From Haplodiscus bocki (Eukaryota), in NCBI GenBank assembly GCA_965655095.1, contig OZ296657.1, positions 90,768,001 to 90,832,000 on the forward strand: 64,000 bases of DNA. The letters are read 5' to 3'. The notes below the pieces were generated by a model that was not told where the DNA came from, made no database searches, and saw nothing but the letters and a program-made list of their open reading frames with translations. This document shows, one piece after another, positions 38,865 to 52,599 of this stretch (position 1 is its first letter; the number at the start of each line of letters is the position of its first letter). Both the position numbers and the translations under genes were made by a program.

Positions 38865-39750
38865 CGTTACAAAGTTGAATCTCCATTGGAAGACTTCGAA
38901 ATAGCTTTTTTTAATGTATAGGATGTCTTTCGGTGTGATTCTTCTCCAGAAATCTGCTGGTGTTGCTACAGTTGCGTCATTCACATGTGTTGTCCTTGGT
39001 GTTTCTGTAGCTGCGGGTACTATTGCTGACTCAACTGTGAAGCTATTGCAGCTTATGCAAATAAAACCATTGTACACGAGAGCCTGTACATTAAGGTAGC
39101 TGCAACCATTGCCCACACACCACCTCCTCGAAGGTGACCATTACGTTTGCTACAATGTGTTTGATCTGACAGCGTGAACGAGGAACAAGTGTGTTAGGTC
39201 TGTGAGAGTTTATACACTGCAGCCATTTACGTTCTGATATCTTTGCAGCTGAAGTAATTAATTTAAAGGGAAAGGGTACGGTTGAAGATGTGGTTTTCAA
39301 AGAATGAAAGTGGATTCCGTCACCGCAGAAGATTTTTCTGTCGAAGTCACGAGTAGTATTAGGAGATAAAATTGGAAGTGGGAGATTAAGGCAATTGAGC
39401 AGCTTGTAGTAGGCGGTATTGCGCAAAAACTTCTTAGCAGTCCTTGTTGATTGGTTTGAGGTTGCTATTGTTTTGGGGAATTTTGCAGTTAACGGGTTAA
39501 TATTCCAGAGAACTATTCGGATAATATATCTCCAGTTCTAGGTAAAAGCTTGACCTGAGCGGCGATGATCGTTGAAACTAGCTACTATGAAAATAGTGTG
39601 CAATTTCTAATTAAAGGATATCGTTCAATAAGAATGCAGAATTCATTGGAGCGTGCTCCTCTGTAGGAGTGTATAGCTGCAGAAACTTTTTGCTGTAATA
39701 TTTGTTCCGGTATGTACTAATAACTAGATTTGAGGTTCGTTCCTTCAGTC
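38865..39750 (-). mobile_element. 5' part of the interrupted CRE-like LINE, with SGNH-esterase-like and PHD-like remnants
   Basis: YFEVFQWRFNFVTLS reads across the TSD into the region left of 26128. Upstream motifs: IHSYRGA, IFIVASFND, SGILTR, DGIHF, and Cys-rich CGQW/FICISC. Confidence 0.65.
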
Positions 39751-40440
39751 GTTGTGGCTCAAAGCGAGAAATGGTACTCAAATATATAGAAAAAAGGAGA
39801 ATCGGAAGCACTTTTGATTGTTTTTAAATTGATCGATCGATATAAACTTTTTAAAGAGCTAAATTAGAAGAAGCTCTAAAAGATAATTTTACAGGGTTGT
39901 TGGACAGGGAGGATAAGGTTTGAAGGTAGCAAGCAACCTGGGTAAGGATTGATGAGGACTGCATGTGTCCTCCTTCCTGTGCCTCGCCGCACCAGTTGAT
40001 AAATGTATGAGCTCAAAACGCGTGAAGGTCCTCCGCTGGGATTTTGAGACTTTTTGAATGTAAGCAATGTGCCCACCTAGAACGCAAAAGATGTAATAAA
40101 TGAGTTTATCACAACAATTAGGCTTTTGCTTGGATATATAGTCGATTTTTGTGGTATTTTGCAACCTGGAAAGCTCATCCAGATTTTGTCTCAAAATGAA
40201 AATTAATGACAAGAATTTTTTTGTTCAGTTTCTTGCCATAATGGAAAATAATAAGTTGCATCAAGGAATTAGGGGACATTTATTGGTAGTTAAATGATTC
40301 GCTGAGTTTGAGAGTGACTAGCTCTTTCGAACAAGGCTTTCCTGGAGCTTGATCAGTTTCAAGGTAAAGCAGTTTGAAACGGTGAAGCAAAACGACCGAG
40401 GAAGTTTAAGGAAAAGTTTATTCTTCCTACCATAAAGACC

Positions 40441-40800
40441 AACATGACGGTCGGATACCATCGGCATATTTTCTGCCCACCGCCTTTGTCATTAGTTTTG
40501 GTCGAAACTAATTTTTCAAAATATGTTACCCTGTTGTATGCATTCTGCATCAAATTTGCTTTCTACATTTTCCAGTTTTTGAAATTTTTGTATAGGTTCA
40601 GAAAAAACTTTTCACTAAGAAACCATATTTTCATACGTGTATAAATTCTACCTATTCATTCTACAGCAAATTTACTATAATATAATGATGGGAAAGAAAT
40701 TTGAGTTCAAAGTCAAGAATCTCGTGCAATTGGCAAATAAGCGTTAAAAATGCACGCTTTGAGTGGATGGTTTTGCATATATTAAATGTGGCAGAATTTA
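40441..40800 (-). mobile_element. Helentron/HINE-like non-autonomous repeat, diverged copy
   Basis: Termini similar to the 42523-43030 copy. Confidence 0.5.
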
Positions 40801-42522
40801 ATGTGAGGAACTAGTTTATGCCAGAAATTTCAATTTTTCGTTTTCAGCAAAGGTTTTCCTGGTAGCTAAGGTATCAATATATGATCGTGATTATATGGAG
40901 CCGATTTACTCCAATTTGTTTCGATTGTCGAGATATGATTCAAAGCGGCTAAAATACTACTCTCTTGGTTCGAATGCAGCAATTTTTGGTGTTGTTTAAT
41001 TTCCCATTAATGAAGTTCCCAAGTTTGCCAAAAAGCATATGCTTTCGAGTTTGATCACTTTTCGAATTCATTACATTCAAGTGGACTGGTTCTGCAAGGT
41101 TGTTTTGTTGCCATGATCCAAACGAAGCTTTGATAGACAATGCCGGGTTTAGTCGATTTCTTCATTTTTCGTTCAACTACCGAATCAATTTTTTTCATCT
41201 AGACTTCATCGAAAGTCTCATGTATGTAGATTGATATTACTGGTTCTGATTGTGAAGAATATCGAAACCGAATGTTTTCGATACTATAGGCACATGTGTC
41301 ACTTTTTTCACACATCTGAATCGATGATTGTAATGTCAAATTGTAACTACATATAACCGACGGTAGATGCAGTACTCGACATTGCAACTCTGCAGCAAGT
41401 TCACTGCGTTTTTTACTTCACTGCAAATGAATTTTACCTGTATTTTGTTAATTACTGTGCATGTATACGCGTACAGTTCACTCTCGATTATTCACCATAA
41501 ACGTCAAAATGTACATTTATGAAATTCAGTTCGTCTTTACAGTATCTTACATGTATCCAACTTGAAACTTAACAAGTCAGCAACAGCTTGGTAGTTAAAA
41601 AGCGGGATAAGTTTGCCTGTTTTTGTTTTGAAGAAATGTATTGAGCATCTCAATAATCAATTTTTGGTAGGGTTTTCGTGCGTGTCAATAGGTGCTAAAA
41701 ATTTTCAGCGTAAGGAAGGGGTACATTTGGTGTACTGTTGTCAGCAATTTTTTTGGTATGCGCGGAAGTATCGCCAAATTTCGGGCATTTTTTTCCGTCA
41801 AATGTTTAGTTTATGCTGGGGATATCACGAATGGTCTGGCCTATGGCTAAGAATTCAATATAGGTGTGGGGCTTTCACGAAAGTTTTGATTCATTGATTT
41901 TTCAGTACGTACCATTTAATCTCTTTATTGTCAGATTTTGCTGATCGGACATTCATTTTTGTACTACCTTACCCAATTAGGTGTGTTCAGGTGATAAAAA
42001 GTCGCTGTCAGCTAACGGCGCCATTCGAACCTTTGCTTTCAATTAGATTTCGCTACTCACAAATCGCTGATGCTTGCTAACAATTTAATTGAATATCAAG
42101 TGTTTAAATTATACTTGATGATCACTGTATTTATTACAGAACAATTATTAGCACCGATACGAAATCGTTCCACGGTTTCTTAGGAATGAACCACTAAAAA
42201 GCCGCTTTTAAGGCTACTAAGTTTCTTCTCCGTTGCAATCAACTTATTGGAACGTCTAGCTCCCAACAACTTTTCAGGAATTCAGAATTGTGTAATTTTT
42301 ACAGAATGGACGGAGAGTTTGGAATTAGCAAGACTCACTGATAGCATGGCTAACCTTTGTTTCTTTCTCAAATAGCGATTGATTTTAGCAGCCTACTCTA
42401 ATGGCTTCGATATTGGTATCATTAACACATCTCTGCTTAGGAGGCGAGCATACCTTTTTTCATCTAACCTATCGCGGAGTTCTTATTGGTTTATTGGTTC
42501 TTTCTTCTTGGTTTGAATTTCA

Positions 42523-43030
42523 AACAAGACGGCTGGCTACCAGCGGCATATTTTGCGCCTCCCATTTTTGTAAAGAAGGCTTCTAAATGGATGAAAACTT
42601 TTTCGAAAAAACACTTCATCATATTCTCTAATTTTTCCCACGTTCAAAGTTTTCTGAGTTTTTGCTAAAAAAACCTCATGATTAGGGCGGAAATGACATT
42701 TTTTAAGAAATAATAACATTTGATACTTCTGCAGCAAATTTGCTACCTTTAGGGATTTCGAAAAAATTCAAGGTTTTTTCCGAAAAACCATCTATTTTTG
42801 AAAAAAGACCCAAATTTCGAACGTTTTGAGGAATCTGACTATTTCATACGCGTTCTACGGCAAATTTGCTACAATTGTTCAAAAAATAATTTCACATTCA
42901 GTGGCGTGAACATACTTGCCGATGTGGTGTGAACGCAATTGGCAAACATGGGGTGAAAAAAACGTCGGAAATGGCTCATTTGATTTGAAGATTTTGCTTT
43001 CATATCCTTGAGAATATGGCGCAAAATAAT
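42523..43030 (-). mobile_element. Helentron/HINE-like non-autonomous repeat (~500 bp)
   Basis: Asymmetric subterminal inverted repeats ATTTTGCGCC/GGCGCAAAAT, terminal hairpin GCTGG-TAG-CCAGC, CTTGTT end. Confidence 0.65.
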
Positions 43031-46000
43031 TCTATTCAAGCTCTTGTGGACACTAAGGTGTTCAAATCCTCGGAAGTTTTGGCTGTTTTCAAAAGTCTTT
43101 GTTTTTCAACTTTATCCAACCGTTTATGTAAAATTGGCTCAGCTCGTCTTCTACTGTGGTATTTTTTAGCGCTTGTTGTTGTGCTTTTATCGATATTTTT
43201 TGGAGGCTGTTTGACAGAGATTTAAATGAAAGTTAATCCGGAAGAAATCAATGATCTTCCAAGTCACTCGCTTCGATGTCCGAGCCTCTGTAAAGCCCTA
43301 TTTTTTTTACACGTGCTGAGAAGAATTTTCACATTATGTATTAAAACGGGTAAGCAAATTTTGCTCTTGTTTATGACCTCATCAGAGTGAAAACGGGAAG
43401 ACTTTTGAGACATTTGGCTGGCGGGTACTTGGAGTTTTTGTTGTTTAAAATATGCTTTTTCTTTGAGCTGGCTAGCGCCAGATTATACGGTCGACCCGCT
43501 TTGTTTATGTATCGTTCACAACTTGCACAAGAGAATAGCTTGATGAATCTAGTCAAAGTCATGGATCGTTTAGGCTAGTGAATATTGACGACATCCATGT
43601 GCAGGTAGGTACTAGGACCGTTCGAGTTAATCCCATGTGGGCAAAAATTTTGCGCTCGATATTCCCCTGCTTCTCAATTTGGCATTTTTATGGAAAAACG
43701 ACCTAATTTCTCACATGAGGCAGATATTTTCTGCGTTGATTCTTTTTGCAAGCTCACTCCGAACTAAAATTTCCTGAATTTTTCCACTGCTTTCGTCGAG
43801 ACTGCAAATTGCTATAGAAAATACAAGTTTTGTATCTTCGGCTTTAATCTAATTTTTCAAACGTGAAAAATAAATTTTGCTACTTTCGCCCATTTGTTCG
43901 CGTTTTTCCCTACCACGTCCAATTTTTCGGGCGGAAGTTGACTAAGTTAATAGAAACATTTGAAAGCTTTTGCCTTTTTTGTGCCGACACTTATTGTGTG
44001 CAAAAGTCAAAACTATCCTAAATTTCTACAAAAATTGTCTATTTTGTTGTATTTTTCGGAATTTCTGCCCCTGTTATGTTACGAAGTCTTTTCAACTATA
44101 CATGCAGCTCAAGCTAATACAAATTGTTGAGTTTCGAATAAGTCTTCCAATTTGTGAGCGTCTGTTAATGGTGATTCTACTTTTCTAAGTAGTACTTTTT
44201 AGGTAAGAAATTTAACTGTTTTATTTTGGCTATTTTCTCGATTTTGTCCGCAGTTTCGCAATTTTGCTTTCAACATCAACATTTAGCATCATGTCCCAAC
44301 TATTACCAACGGAAGCACAAATGTAATCAAAGGCAGGTCTCTTAGTCTTTTTGGAGCTATCGGTTGGCTTAAAGGGCGATTGCGATGCCTTGCGATGGAA
44401 GATACTAATTTGATACAGAAGCACGAAGATCGCTGAGTATTGTAAAAAAAATTCTTAGTAGTTCCTCATGGAAGCTTTTCGTTGTTTGTACAAAAATTGC
44501 TAACTTTTCGATTTTTGCATACTTTCGCTGGGTTGCGTGCTTTTTTTTTCATTTTGCACCTACAAATGCATTGTAAACTGAGATTAGAGAATTTATCTCT
44601 CACTTATGCATGACATAATAAAACTTCTGCTGGAAAATGGTCGTTTTCAGCAATTTGAATCCGTAAAAGTAGCTATTTTCAGGCTTTTCGCTTAATTTTG
44701 CTCGTTTGCCTTTCAAATCAGCTTTTTGACTACGATTACAGCTGAACTGAATAAAAATTATTTCTTCTGGAGTCTTTCTGCATTTCGCTCGTTTTGTTCT
44801 TCAGAGTCAGCTTGAAATTGCGATACTTCGGGATTTATCATGCAGTTTTTTTTTCTTGTCCTCAAATAACCCTATGGACCAATTGGGTTCTAACGCAAGC
44901 GCTTCTGCTACAAGTTTTCCAAGCTTAAGTACTGGAAGCCAATCTACTCTCTGAGCGTTGAGAGAGCTTCATGGAGCCATAGGGTGCTAATGTCTTAAGT
45001 TTGGTACCGTTCTCGAATGAAAAACCTCATATTTTACAAAAAATCTCTTCTCATGAAGCACTTAGGCCTTTTTTTCTTGGAAAACTGAAGTCTTCAGCAA
45101 AAATCACAGAAATAGAAGGTCTGACACAAATTCATTTTTCGAGTTTTGTTTCGATAATTGGGAAATTTTCAATTTTTTTCCAACCTCTCATCTTTATTAT
45201 TAGTGCTGTTTCATTTTTTCGATAGGTGGTAGAATTTGTTTTGCCAACGTTGCGAACCTGTGCTTCGCTTGAGTTAAACTTGCTTAAGCAAGCGTTTTAT
45301 CGGAGCTTTACATTTTGGATCCGTTGACAACGCGTGATCTAAAAAAGCACGGTTGACATGAAGTTTTGAGTATGAGAAAGAGGCAAGTACTTGCTTCTGG
45401 GTGAACGAAAATAAGCATTTTCAAGTCCCGTCTGTCCTCCAAATCATCAGAATTGATAACTCCCTATCTTATGAAAGTTGAGTGAACATTTTAGTTTCAG
45501 ATAATAAAACTTCTTGACGTATTTAGCCAAATCAAGCCACTTCTACTTAGTTTTTTGAAAACAAGTTCTATGGTTTCGAATGATTGACAGTCATTCTGAA
45601 GCATTTTTGCATGTTTATTGATTAGCACATTTTTGATAGAGGGACATTTTGAAGATGTATCGTTGTTTTTTCTGAGGCATCTAGTTTTATAATTTTCTCG
45701 AACGTCGAACATACGCTTGATTAGTAGTTGCTCTCATATTGTCGAAAACGTGTCAACCACATCGTCAACAAGGTCTGCGGTCGTGGTATCAAATAACTTT
45801 GAGGATTTTCTCGCGGATGTTGATCAAAACGTGCATTCTCAGGTCGTCAAAGGTCTAATGTAAACTTCTCAAAAATGACCTTTTTCGAGGCATTTAGAAG
45901 GTATTATTTTCGCAGGTTAAAATTTGCACGTTTCTTGAACCAGAAACTGTTCAACGGCCTGAGTCGGAAGGCATGATTGTCACGTCAAAGCGTTTGAGTA

Positions 46001-46629
46001 TCAGATAGTGTACTTCCAGTTTTTTCTCCTGTGCGACCAGAAATAGTTATTATTGCTAAACAAAGCGCCGAAACTTCTTATCACCCGTGTTGCCTTAAAA
46101 TCATTAGGATTGACAATTCCAGGCCTCATGAATGTCTGCAAGTAGCAAGGCCATTTAAGTTTCTCATAATGGAAGTGGTGATTTGCCATCGCACCGAATT
46201 CAAACTGTTGTTTCAGTTTTTTCCTGGTTCATTGGGAGGAGGTGGATCCGAGTATGGAACGTTGTCTTCTGGCTCTGGTGGTCCTTCTTGGTTCTTCTGT
46301 TGCTTTCTCTGTTTCGTCATTCGTCACCTTTTTTGTCGTTTTCTTTGCTTCGGCTTTTGTTTCAGGAGGACCCTGTGCCATTCCTGTTTTCGTCTTGTCT
46401 GCTTCCATCTTTATTTCTTATTTCCAAAGGCTCGTGCGAGACTCCTTTCGTCGATTGTGCTACAGACTCAAGTTCTAGAAAAGAAGATACTGCAACAGAA
46501 TTGGTTCTCAACTTCTAGATGTGTTGGTCTTTTGGTACTGGTAAAAATGTTGGTGGTGTCGTTTAGGGATTCACTGCAATTGTCACGCACTTTGTGGACA
46601 TCAGAATTCAAACGACTCATGTCTTAAGA

Positions 46630-49600
46630 AGGGGGAGTAACCAGACTGGAGCTGGGAAAGCTTGATCCTGGCCTCTCTTCTGAGGGTTTCTTCATCCCTG
46701 TTGACAGCAGGAGGTGGCTGACCCAGTAGCTTTGACTCAACGGCGGCGTACTTCCTTACTTCAGTGTGTAGCTGCTTCAGGCCTGAAAAATTTTTGAGTT
46801 TCGAGGCGTTCTTTATTTCGTCTCGGAATGTTTGTATGCTGCTTGAGTTCTGATGGCTCAGGGTTGAGCGGATGTTTCTGCTCGAACCATCGTTTTTAGT
46901 AGTGTAGTGAGCGCTATCTTCACTATACGTACACAGAAGTTGCTTTCAAAATACGTCATTTTTTTCCTGCACTGGCAGTACAGTTCTTCGTGAAGGTTCT
47001 TCACTGATGTCATTGACACACAGTTTGTAGCTGTTCTTGAAGCAGCATTTCGTTTGGTTTGAAGCTTTTGAAGCTGATGTCGCTCGTTCCAGAGTGCCAT
47101 ATGGGTGCGGCATAGTTGATGAGACTTCTTGGTATGGCCTCAAGAGACATGCAGCGTCTCTTTGGTTCAACCCCAGTTAGAGCTCGCAACCATTTTCAAC
47201 AGTTTGTTCCGATGTTGTAGTTTGTTGCAGACGGGTTTACAGTGCTGAAGAAGTCTGCCATGTTGTCGAAGACAACTCCCAGGATTACTGGCGTTTTATA
47301 GTTAATGGGATTTCGTTCCCATTAATAACTATCTTCGGATTGTATGGGACTTCGTTGGACAATATTATGAAAATAGTGGCGGTTGACTTGCCAGCAGATA
47401 GCGCGAGGCTCCTTCCTGTAAGCCATTTTTTTACTTGAGTGAGGCGTAGGTTCATCTCATTGGATAGTTCATCAACAATGGGTCCTGAGGTTGAGATAGT
47501 TTTGTCGTCTGTGTAAGTGGCCACTTCGAAGTCTTCTGGAAGGATTGGAAAGGAGCCCATGTACATACTGAACCGAAATGGAAAAATGACGCCTCCTTGA
47601 GGTATTCCTTGTTTCCATCGTCTTTTTGTCGTTTTCCTGTCGTTGTACCCGGTGTACGTGAGGTGTCGCTGTAGATAAGGCAGAATCCACCTTTTAAGGA
47701 ATCCAAACTTTTCAAAGTCAGCTCGTTAAAAATGATGCTTTGGTCGACTTTCGAAGGCAGCCGTCGAATCCAGTTCTACTAGCAGGGTTTGGTGGAATGG
47801 TTTTGGCATATTCAAGCTTTTTTGATCTTGTAGTTGACACAGTTGAGGGCAGTTTTTGTAGAACGGTTTTTCCTGAAGCCATATTCGTGGTTGGTTACTA
47901 CCTCTACATTTTTTTTTCAGGTAAGGGTAGTGAATGTTTTTCTTCATCTTCTGTATCAGAGAAAGCAGGGCTATAGGCCGGTAACGTTTCGACTGCTATA
48001 GGTCTTTTCCGGACTTCGGCAACGGAATTATCTTCCCGACCTTCCAATTTTGCGGATTGACGACGCTCTTAATAGAAAAGTTTATGGGGAACGTAAGGCA
48101 GTCAACCCCCACTGGGCGCAGGTGGAGAGGTGCCAGTTTATCAGAGCGTAAGGCTTTGCTCTTCTTACAGTTTACTTTAGCCTTTTGCACCTTTTGGTGA
48201 GGCTGTGATCTTCTGGCTTGTTCTTCCTCAGTTCCCTCATGTTGATTCGTTTCTTTGCTTGGTTTGGTGCGATGCGAATTATTTTGTTGATCGAGCAATT
48301 TTGCGCATATGTTGGCGTCATAGATGTTTTTCCATCGAGACTTATGGTACGATTCTGGGTTCTTGTGGGTTTCGCATCACTTGAATTTTGTTGTTTTCCC
48401 TCGATGGTCAACTGATCCCAGAAATTCTCGCCATTTTTTGCGCTTTTGTTCTTGGACGACTTATCGATCTCTTGATTATGTTATGATACTTGAGGTGAGC
48501 GTGGGTTTTTGGACTGGATTTTGTTTCTTTCTTTTGCCAGTTTGAACGCCTCGCGTGGAAAGTAAGAGATGATGGTTCGCTTGCAGAGGTATGTACTGAC
48601 CTGCTGCTTTCTTGATGACGTTCCTGAACATATTCTCCCCATCATGCTCATTCTTCTGGATGGGAAGTTTCTTGAACAAATCCTCGGTAAGCGCGGTGAA
48701 CCCTGCCAAGTCCGCTGTCCTGAAGTTTAAGTTAATTTGTTGATGATCAGCTTGGCAGTTGTAACGTCGCATTCTAACTCGATAACATTCGGCAGATAGT
48801 CTGAGCTAAGTGCTGCTGAGCAGCTGCAGTTTGCATTCATGGCTGAGCTGCCGTTTGCCAGTGAGATATCTGATGAGCTGCGATTGGTAGAAATCATCCG
48901 GGTTGGGAGTTCTCCATTGATGACGACCAGCTTAGATGTTTCACTTTGGCTCGCTAACTCCGCACTCCTTTGATTTTCTTCGAGGCATGAATTCCAGGCA
49001 TGGCCATGCAAATCTCCCACTATGATGGAATCTTCCATAAAGAGTAGATGTCTGATGCAATCTCTGTACCTTGCTCGGCAACTCGAACTCAGCGGGATGT
49101 AGATGTTGATGAGGGTTTACCCGAGACGACCTTTATCGCCTGTTGTTCCAAATGTAGGTCAGTCTGCGAGGGTAAGTTCACGTGTGGAGTTTCACAGAGT
49201 CGTGAACTATGAATGCGAGACTTCCACCTTTGCCGCGGTGACGGCTCTGCTGGACCACTTGATATCCGTTCGCTTCCAGGGTCGATTGGGCATTTGGGTT
49301 TGTCTCTGGGATAGCTGCAGTTTTGATGTTGTTTTTCGCCATGAATTCGATGATGCTGTCCAGTTTCGATCTTCGCGTTCCATTGGCGTGGAATTGCAGT
49401 GGTCGGAATTTTTGATATTTTTGATGGCTCGCTTGAGATTGGTTACAGTGTACTTGATTGGACTTCTGCCTTTGAAATCTTGTTGTGTGAGATCTCCCAC
49501 AATGGACATGCGCCGCAATTGAATTCAATGTGCCATTTGATTTTCATCTTGTCTGAACCAACCAACCCTTCTCTTGTGGGTGTATCCACGAAAATGGCAC

Positions 49601-49700
49601 TAAACGTGACTTGGGACTTGTCGTTCATGGGGGTACAACACGCACTGCAATCGACCGGTGCTGGCTTTCGTTCTATCCCTGCAATGAGTAGAAGAGCTAA
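46630..49700 (-). mobile_element. Decayed LINE with Cys-rich N-terminus, AP endonuclease and RT; boundaries approximate
   Basis: LQFHANG, AIPET, GKGGSLAFIV, IIVGDL, SSDYLP, WKVGKIIPLPKSGKD, YRPIALL, YGFR, GIPQG, TYTDD. Confidence 0.88.
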
Positions 49701-49886
49701 TATGATGAGGGCTTGCTGGCTTTATCTGCTCCGTGCCTAAAATCCCGATTCTCTTTCGGTTTTCCTGTTCGTCAAGACCGGCAATGGAGTGAAAGGCACT
49801 TGGGCCGCATGTAGCGGCATCGTTCTGCCACATAGAGGCGGCCTTCCCCAGAACGTCCCCCTCCTCCGTCGTATGCAAGATCTATT

Positions 49887-50360
49887 TTGCCTCCCATTTC
49901 AATGGAAAGAAATTTCATACTTATCAAAGTCTTTAAAAATGATGTATCTATATTGCTCTTGAAATCCCCAAGCAGTACCGAAAACAGCTTTCGTTTGTTG
50001 TACTTAGACCACACGAAGAAGAGTTCTGCCGCCGACATTCTCTCTAAGGGAGGCTCAGATCCAGATCTACTTGGTAGTGGCTATGAAGACAAGAACAACA
50101 ACAAAGACAAAAACTTGTTGGAAGAGAAGAGCAGCGAAGGAGGAGAAGAGCAAGAAGAGGCCAAAGGACGGAGTGGTCATGATGAAGATGAGAAAGAAAG
50201 TGAAGAAGAAGATGATGATGATGATGAAGAGGTCTCGTCTGAAGTGGACGACAGTGATGATGAAGTCATATCCTACGATCTAGAGAGCTTGCATCAAGAC
50301 TTAGACGATGACGTCACCGCATCATACACTGTGAAGTTATCATCCCAAATCTCAAGTTAG
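49887..50360 (+). other. Acidic low-complexity open frame (possible exon or TE fragment)
   Basis: 157-codon open frame with long D/E runs; non-ATG start in the ORF track; no domain recognised. Confidence 0.3.
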
Positions 50361-50883
50361 TGTTGAATAATGTTTGCACGCTCAGTGAATTTGCGAGGTT
50401 AAGAATGAAATTGATGCTGGTGGTATACAGCATTTAATTAGCCGAGAATGCTCAAAGTTGGCGTTGTCCACCGGTCTCAAATGGCCAAGGGAATAGCGCA
50501 AATGTATTCGCTGTTTCAAAAATTGTCGTTAAAATTTGGTTGTACTGTATGTAAAGTGATGATGAAAACAAAAATGTCTAATGGCAATCATGGAAAATGG
50601 TTATCTTTTGAAATAGAAATTTTTGAAAAAAAATCAGAAGGAAAATAGCCCCACTTTTAAGCATTAAGCGAAGTTTCACATCTGCCGCTTTTACTCTTTT
50701 TCGCACCTAAATAACATTAAAACCAAGCCGCCAGAGAGAAGGAATGATGGAATGAGGAAGGCGTGAAAATTTGTCTGTGCTTACTTCTGCGACCTCTACT
50801 GGGATGTGAAAAGCATTCATTGCGATTAATTTGCTGAACAATTGAACTAACTCCCTATCCTTTCTACTTTCGATGCATGCTAA

Positions 50884-51369
50884 GCAAGACGGCCGGCTAC
50901 CACCGACATATTTTGCGCCTTCCCGTTTTTGTAAAGAAGGCTTTTAAAAAGATAGTTTTTTTCTCGAGAAAACTCCTTCATATTTTCTTATCTTTCCAAC
51001 GTTGAAAATTTTCCGATTTTTGCCCAGAAAGCCGCATAAGTAGGGCGATGAAGACATTTTGTAAGAGATAATATCATTTGATACGCATTCTACAGCAAAT
51101 TTGAAGACTCTTCTGAAAAAAGCACGTTTTTTAAAAAAAATCCATCCATATATCAAAAGTACCCAAGTTTCGTAAGTTTTGAGAAATCTTACTATTCCAG
51201 TCGCATTCTACGGCAAATTTGCTACAATTTAGTGAAAAAATTTCACGTTCCGAAACGTGAATGAACGTAGTTTGAGTGTGAATGCAATTGGCAGACATGG
51301 GGTAAAAAAACGTTCCATTTTAGCGAACATTTTTGCTTCCCTATTCTAAACAATATGGCGCAAAATAAT
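50884..51369 (-). mobile_element. Helentron/HINE-like repeat copy
   Basis: Colinear similarity to 42523-43030 with the same ATTTTGCGCC/GGCGCAAAAT inverted repeats. Confidence 0.65.
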
Positions 51370-52599
51370 CATTATTTTTTACGAACAAATTGAGTGTCAT
51401 TTCAATCAAGAGGCGCCGTCGCACTGCGACGTTTTTCGTCAAAGGGTATTGAAATGAATGATCGAACATATAACAAGCGGTTTCTGGTTGAGACCTTGTC
51501 GTAATATTTCAAGCCTCTTTTGTTTGATTCTCCAATTTAAGATTTTGTATTACAATTAGTTTATGATAAAAATGTGTTACGCTTGCGGAAGCAGTGTTAT
51601 ATCGCAGAATAGCTTCGGACAAATATGAGTTGGAATATCGACAAAATAACAATAAGGTGAACATTTTGGCATTTTTGGCCTACCATGAAAATTCTATTGA
51701 GGTCGGAAGAGTCAAGGAATTTCAATTGGAACAAACTTGTACCGATAAAAAGTTATCAAATGGTACTTTGATGGAAGAAATACAGCCAATAGTTATGGAA
51801 AAATCAGAAATTGAATGTACGGATTCGTCAAAATTATTATCATCTTTGGCATTTTTGGGTTATCAGGATTCCGACGAAAACATCAGTATTCATCAGTTGT
51901 ATTAATTAGTCCTCCTCGAGTACATAGGTGTCGCTTCATGGAAGAATTCAAGCTCGTAGTTATCGAATAATATGTTTTTGAAAACCAAGATGAAATTTTC
52001 GGCATTTTCGGCCGGTCACGAAGCGGATGCAAAAAGTATATACACATTAAGGGCGCAGTGCTACGCTCGTGGCAGGAGCTCTTCAAATAAAAATGAAATA
52101 TTGCTGTGACCTGTTGAATGAAATCTCGGTGCTTCAAGGATCTATCATAATTTTTTTTGACTGCAACTAAAGTTTTCATGTGATACCTTGGAGTGTCTCT
52201 GTTCTATCAATGCCCTATCGGTCTCATTTTGGGACCTCGGTCCAAGATTTAGGAGATTAACTAAACATTCAATTGGCCAATATATCTCGTTCTGGAAGTT
52301 CGTTTAGTTGAAATTATATTGAAAAACTTTGACCCAAAAATATTAGGTAAATAGTTGGAACGTCCTTGTTACTTTAATTGAGACTTCTGGTAGTTATCAG
52401 ACGTAACTGACCCGCAGATAATGATAATTGACAAGAAGGTAAATATCAAAACTAGATCTCGATTATCACGTTCTTCCACCACAGAAGGAAGCAAAAATTT
52501 ACCTGACATCAACCAGAAGTTGAAAGTTAAAAAATAGGTGTATTTTTGTTTTGACAATGGAAATTCTGCGCCATTTTCAGGCTTTTCTTTTCAATCACT

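Noticed and set aside
46031-46627. 198-aa Phe/Cys-rich ORF
   Set aside because: Reads as the shadow of A-rich low-complexity sequence on the other strand; no domain recognised.
51594-51905. 103-aa ORF
   Set aside because: Non-ATG start and no recognisable motif.
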